64,000 nucleotides of DNA, from contig CAWIGF010000001.1 of NCBI GenBank assembly GCA_963835585.1, positions 226,281 to 290,280 on the forward strand, written 5' to 3'. Position 1 is the stretch's first letter; each line of letters begins with the position of its first letter. A program made the translations under genes and the position numbers. Under the pieces are notes generated by a model. That model did no database searches, was not told the origin of the DNA, and worked only from the letters and a program-made list of their open reading frames with translations. This document shows, one piece after another, positions 61,751-64,000 of this stretch. The stretch is from an uncultured Candidatus Woesearchaeota archaeon. Lineage in GTDB: Archaea > Nanobdellota > Nanobdellia > Woesearchaeales > UBA10107.

Positions 61751-63016
61751 TTAAACAAGGTCCTTTTCTGTCAAAATAGTAACATGTGCATTGACTGGTC
61801 TGACTTTTGAGTCCATTGCGATGAGATATTTCACATGAGCCTTTTCGGCCGCTTCTGCTACATCCCTATCAACAACTCCGTCAAATACGATTGCGTGGAT
61901 TCCTGAGTTCAAGCTTTTGATTGTTGAAACAAGCTCAGTTACAGGAATTTTCCCAAGCACATTCATCTCGGCGTCCAATATTGAAGCGCCTCGCGTTCCG
62001 ACTTGAGCACTCAACAATGCCTTGAATGTCTCTTTTTCATCGTCAGAGATTCTTGGCTTTGGAGCTGGTCTTCCTCGCGGTGCCATTTCCTCGCTTCGTT
62101 CCTCTCGTTGAGGTCGCTCTTCTCTCATTGGCTTTCTTTCCGCTGAAAGATTGCTCAAATGAGTCTTTGGCAATGGTTTTGAATGAGTTAATTCTTCCTT
62201 TGCCTGCTCAGCGGATATCTTCGAGCGCAATGCCTTGTGGATCTCCTTCATTTGGAGCTCTTCGACTTCCTTTCCGTCGGGTGCTTTTGTCACGAAATCT
62301 ATTTCAGCGACAGCGAGCAATTCCTTAAGGATCAAATCTCCTCCTCTGTCCCCATCAACAAATGCAATCGCTTCTTTGCCCTTGCATAAATCGATGATTC
62401 CCTGAGGGACTGAAGTTCCATTCATTGCAACCGAATTTTTTATTCCGTGCTTCAATAAATTGATGACATCTGCTCTTCCCTCGACGATTATGATTTCATC
62501 AGAATCTGTAACGCCAGGTCCTGCTGGAAGTCTGTCCGAAGTAAGTTCAGTAATTTCCATTACTCTTACCGAGTCCGCGACTTCCTGTGCCAATTCAGCC
62601 GAATCGGGCATTGAATTGTCCATAAGTTGTCTTAGCAATTCTTTTGCTCGAGTGATTACTTGGTTTCTTTTTGAAACTCGTACATCTTCTATCTTTGTCA
62701 CCTTGATTTTCGCATTACAAGGGCCTATTCTCTGGATGACTTCAAGAGCCGCTCCAACGATGGCTGTCTCTGCTTTGTCAAGGCTCGAAGGGATTGTGAT
62801 TTCACCGAATGTCTTTCCGCCCTTTATTTCGTGCGTGACCTCGATTCTTCCTATCCTTCCGCTTCTCTGTAGCTCTCTAAGTTCCAATTCGGAACCCAAG
62901 AGTCCTTCTGTCTGACCGAATATTGCTCCGATCATATCTGGCTTGTCAACCGTTCCATCAATTTCTATCGATGCGTTGACAAGGTATTTTGCTGCAACTT
63001 GTGCAATTTTTGCCAT
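61751..63016 (-). CDS. dnaG: archaeal DnaG-type primase (Toprim domain)
   Basis: The N-terminal IEIDGTVDKPDMIGAIFGQTEGLLGSELELRELQRSGRIGRI matches archaeal DnaG. Toprim IIIVEGRADVINLL...FVDGDRGG. Confidence 0.85.
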   Translation of the reverse strand: MAKIAQVAAKYLVNASIEIDGTVDKPDMIGAIFGQTEGLLGSELELRELQRSGRIGRIEVTHEIKGGKTFGEITIPSSLDKAETAIVGAALEVIQRIGPCNAKIKVTKIEDVRVSKRNQVITRAKELLRQLMDNSMPDSAELAQEVADSVRVMEITELTSDRLPAGPGVTDSDEIIIVEGRADVINLLKHGIKNSVAMNGTSVPQGIIDLCKGKEAIAFVDGDRGGDLILKELLAVAEIDFVTKAPDGKEVEELQMKEIHKALRSKISAEQAKEELTHSKPLPKTHLSNLSAERKPMREERPQREERSEEMAPRGRPAPKPRISDDEKETFKALLSAQVGTRGASILDAEMNVLGKIPVTELVSTIKSLNSGIHAIVFDGVVDRDVAEAAEKAHVKYLIAMDSKVRPVNAHVTILTEKDLV

Positions 63017-63437
63017 AATTTCCTCCTATGGTTACTTTAGAATAATCTTACATGCATGATATGCGAATGTGATAATTCCTAAAGTTCGTTTGTTTTATTT
63101 ATTTCTGTAGAACCAAATTCACTTTCTCAGATATCCTATTAATAACGTAAAATACTTTGTGTTTACTTAATCAGGATTATTATGAAATCGTGAATTCAGT
63201 TCCTTTGAACATGTATGAACATGTTGCCCACACACTAACCCCCAAGTTCAACGCCTGGTTTTACCGTAGCTCAATTGGGTACTCTCGTGATGGGCTGAAT
63301 TGCGTAAGAGTGTCTTTGTTTCATCGGTCGTCAACAAGACGAGCCTCGAAAAGGACCCATTTACACAATTGAATATTATTGTTTTGTCTTCTTTTATAAA
63401 TATTGTGTATTATAATATTTATAATTATTATATTTTT

Positions 63438-63506
63438 TATTAAGAAACTAGGTTTCTTAATAAGAGGTTTGATTCAACCTCATCACAGGACGTTTGCACG
63501 TCCTGC
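63438..63506. promoter_or_regulatory. cluster of three consecutive perfect inverted repeats following a ~100-bp >85 percent A/T tract in a 670-bp gene-free region
   Basis: ATTAAGAAAC-tag-GTTTCTTAAT (63438-63460), GAGGTT-tgattc-AACCTC (63463-63480) and CAGGACG-tttgca-CGTCCTG (63487-63506). The upstream 63361-63437 is almost pure A/T. Confidence 0.4.
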
Positions 63507-63684
63507 GCTGAGGAAAAGAGGTGTTTAGACAATGAATGTATGATGTGATATCGTTATTGATTGTAAATCCCTTTTACCTATATCCTACAGTATATATGTT
63601 CTACTATATAAATATTTCGTTTCATATCTACTCAATAGTAGTGATATAAGCAAAATTTAAATATAGATTGAATTTGAAGCGAGT

Positions 63685-64000
63685 ATGCCAAAATTCATTG
63701 AACCAAAAATCAGCAAGAAAAATTATATGAAATTAAGTGGTCCTGAATTCGATGATTTATGCAACGATGCTTTGCAATGCAACAAAGAATGGTTCAGAGA
63801 AACGACTGGAAAGAATCCACATGCAGTGTGGATTCTTGTTCTCGGAAACAAGGCCATTGAGGTCGGTTACAAGAATATTGTTCCATCGGTAACCACCGTC
63901 AGAGAGCACAGTCAAGGGAACAAAAAAGCGTATCTTCTCGTGAGACCACAACGACAATACCAGGATCTTATGCTTTTTTTCAGAGAAAAAACTGAAGGTC
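63685..64000 (+). CDS. hypothetical protein, N-terminal fragment (runs off window end)
   Basis: ATG at 63685 followed by 105 stop-free codons (MPKFIEPKISKKNYMKLSGPEFDDLCNDALQCNKEWF...). TATA-like elements at about 63610-63640. It is not in the ORF track because no stop falls in the window. Confidence 0.45.
   Translation, partial: MPKFIEPKISKKNYMKLSGPEFDDLCNDALQCNKEWFRETTGKNPHAVWILVLGNKAIEVGYKNIVPSVTTVREHSQGNKKAYLLVRPQRQYQDLMLFFREKTEG

Noticed and set aside
63157-63372. 71-aa ORF in the dnaG upstream region
   Set aside because: No start context or motif. It overlaps a region better explained as structured or regulatory DNA, and it would sit on the strand facing dnaG with no terminator space.
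63757-63957. 66-aa minus-strand ORF near the window end
   Set aside because: It is fully contained antisense within a longer stop-free plus-strand frame that begins with ATG at 63685 behind a TATA-like element.
1-64000. CRISPR arrays or other regularly spaced direct repeats
   Set aside because: Scanning for short repeats at regular spacing found only coding tandem repeats (adhesin cassettes, TPTNTS and NNT blocks) and the three operator palindromes. No repeat-spacer architecture and no cas genes were seen.

Overview
This is an AT-rich archaeal chromosomal segment. It carries intron-containing tRNAs, an intein, a compact Nop5 and archaeal-type replication and translation genes, which is consistent with a small-genome (DPANN-like) archaeon. 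That taxon call is inference, not a database result. The window has three parts. (1) Housekeeping genes: malic enzyme (partial), a GatC-like protein, translin, SSB, GlyRS, RFC, PolB, ValRS, CysRS, a metallophosphoesterase, fibrillarin and Nop5, a DHFR-like protein, UMP kinase, SecD/SecF, FKBP, ABCE1, TrmI, Fap7, an MGMT C-domain, FolD, DnaG, and two intron-containing tRNAs. (2) A type IV pilus/archaellum-like assembly module with no recognisable archaellin: two coiled-coil proteins sit divergently from a FlaI/VirB11-family ATPase and a FlaJ/TadC-like membrane protein. The ATPase carries a 516-aa LAGLIDADG intein in the IEDT/PEL motif. (3) The most unusual part is a roughly 22-kb minus-strand surface-protein island (about 27.5-50.5 kb). 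It has, in order: a Thr/Pro-rich secreted protein; a small HTH regulator whose promoter holds three copies of the palindrome ACTTACAaTGTAAGT and whose stop overlaps the next start; a giant adhesin-like gene of at least 11.5 kb, or about 16.7 kb if two local frame disruptions are bridged, encoding N-sequon-dense LamG_3 and beta-helix repeats; a translationally coupled paralogous surface protein with a C-terminal anchor; an M50/S2P-like intramembrane protease; a second paralog whose promoter and N-terminal signal anchor are copied from the adjacent secF gene; and a membrane protein from a four-member paralog family. A plus-strand operon of six secreted or membrane proteins (50.7-55.6 kb) follows and may supply pilins or S-layer components. 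The giant gene contains near-identical internal repeats of 150-570 bp and one decayed repeat copy, suggesting ongoing cassette shuffling or pseudogenisation. All calls are from reading the sequence and ORF translations only; no searches were run.
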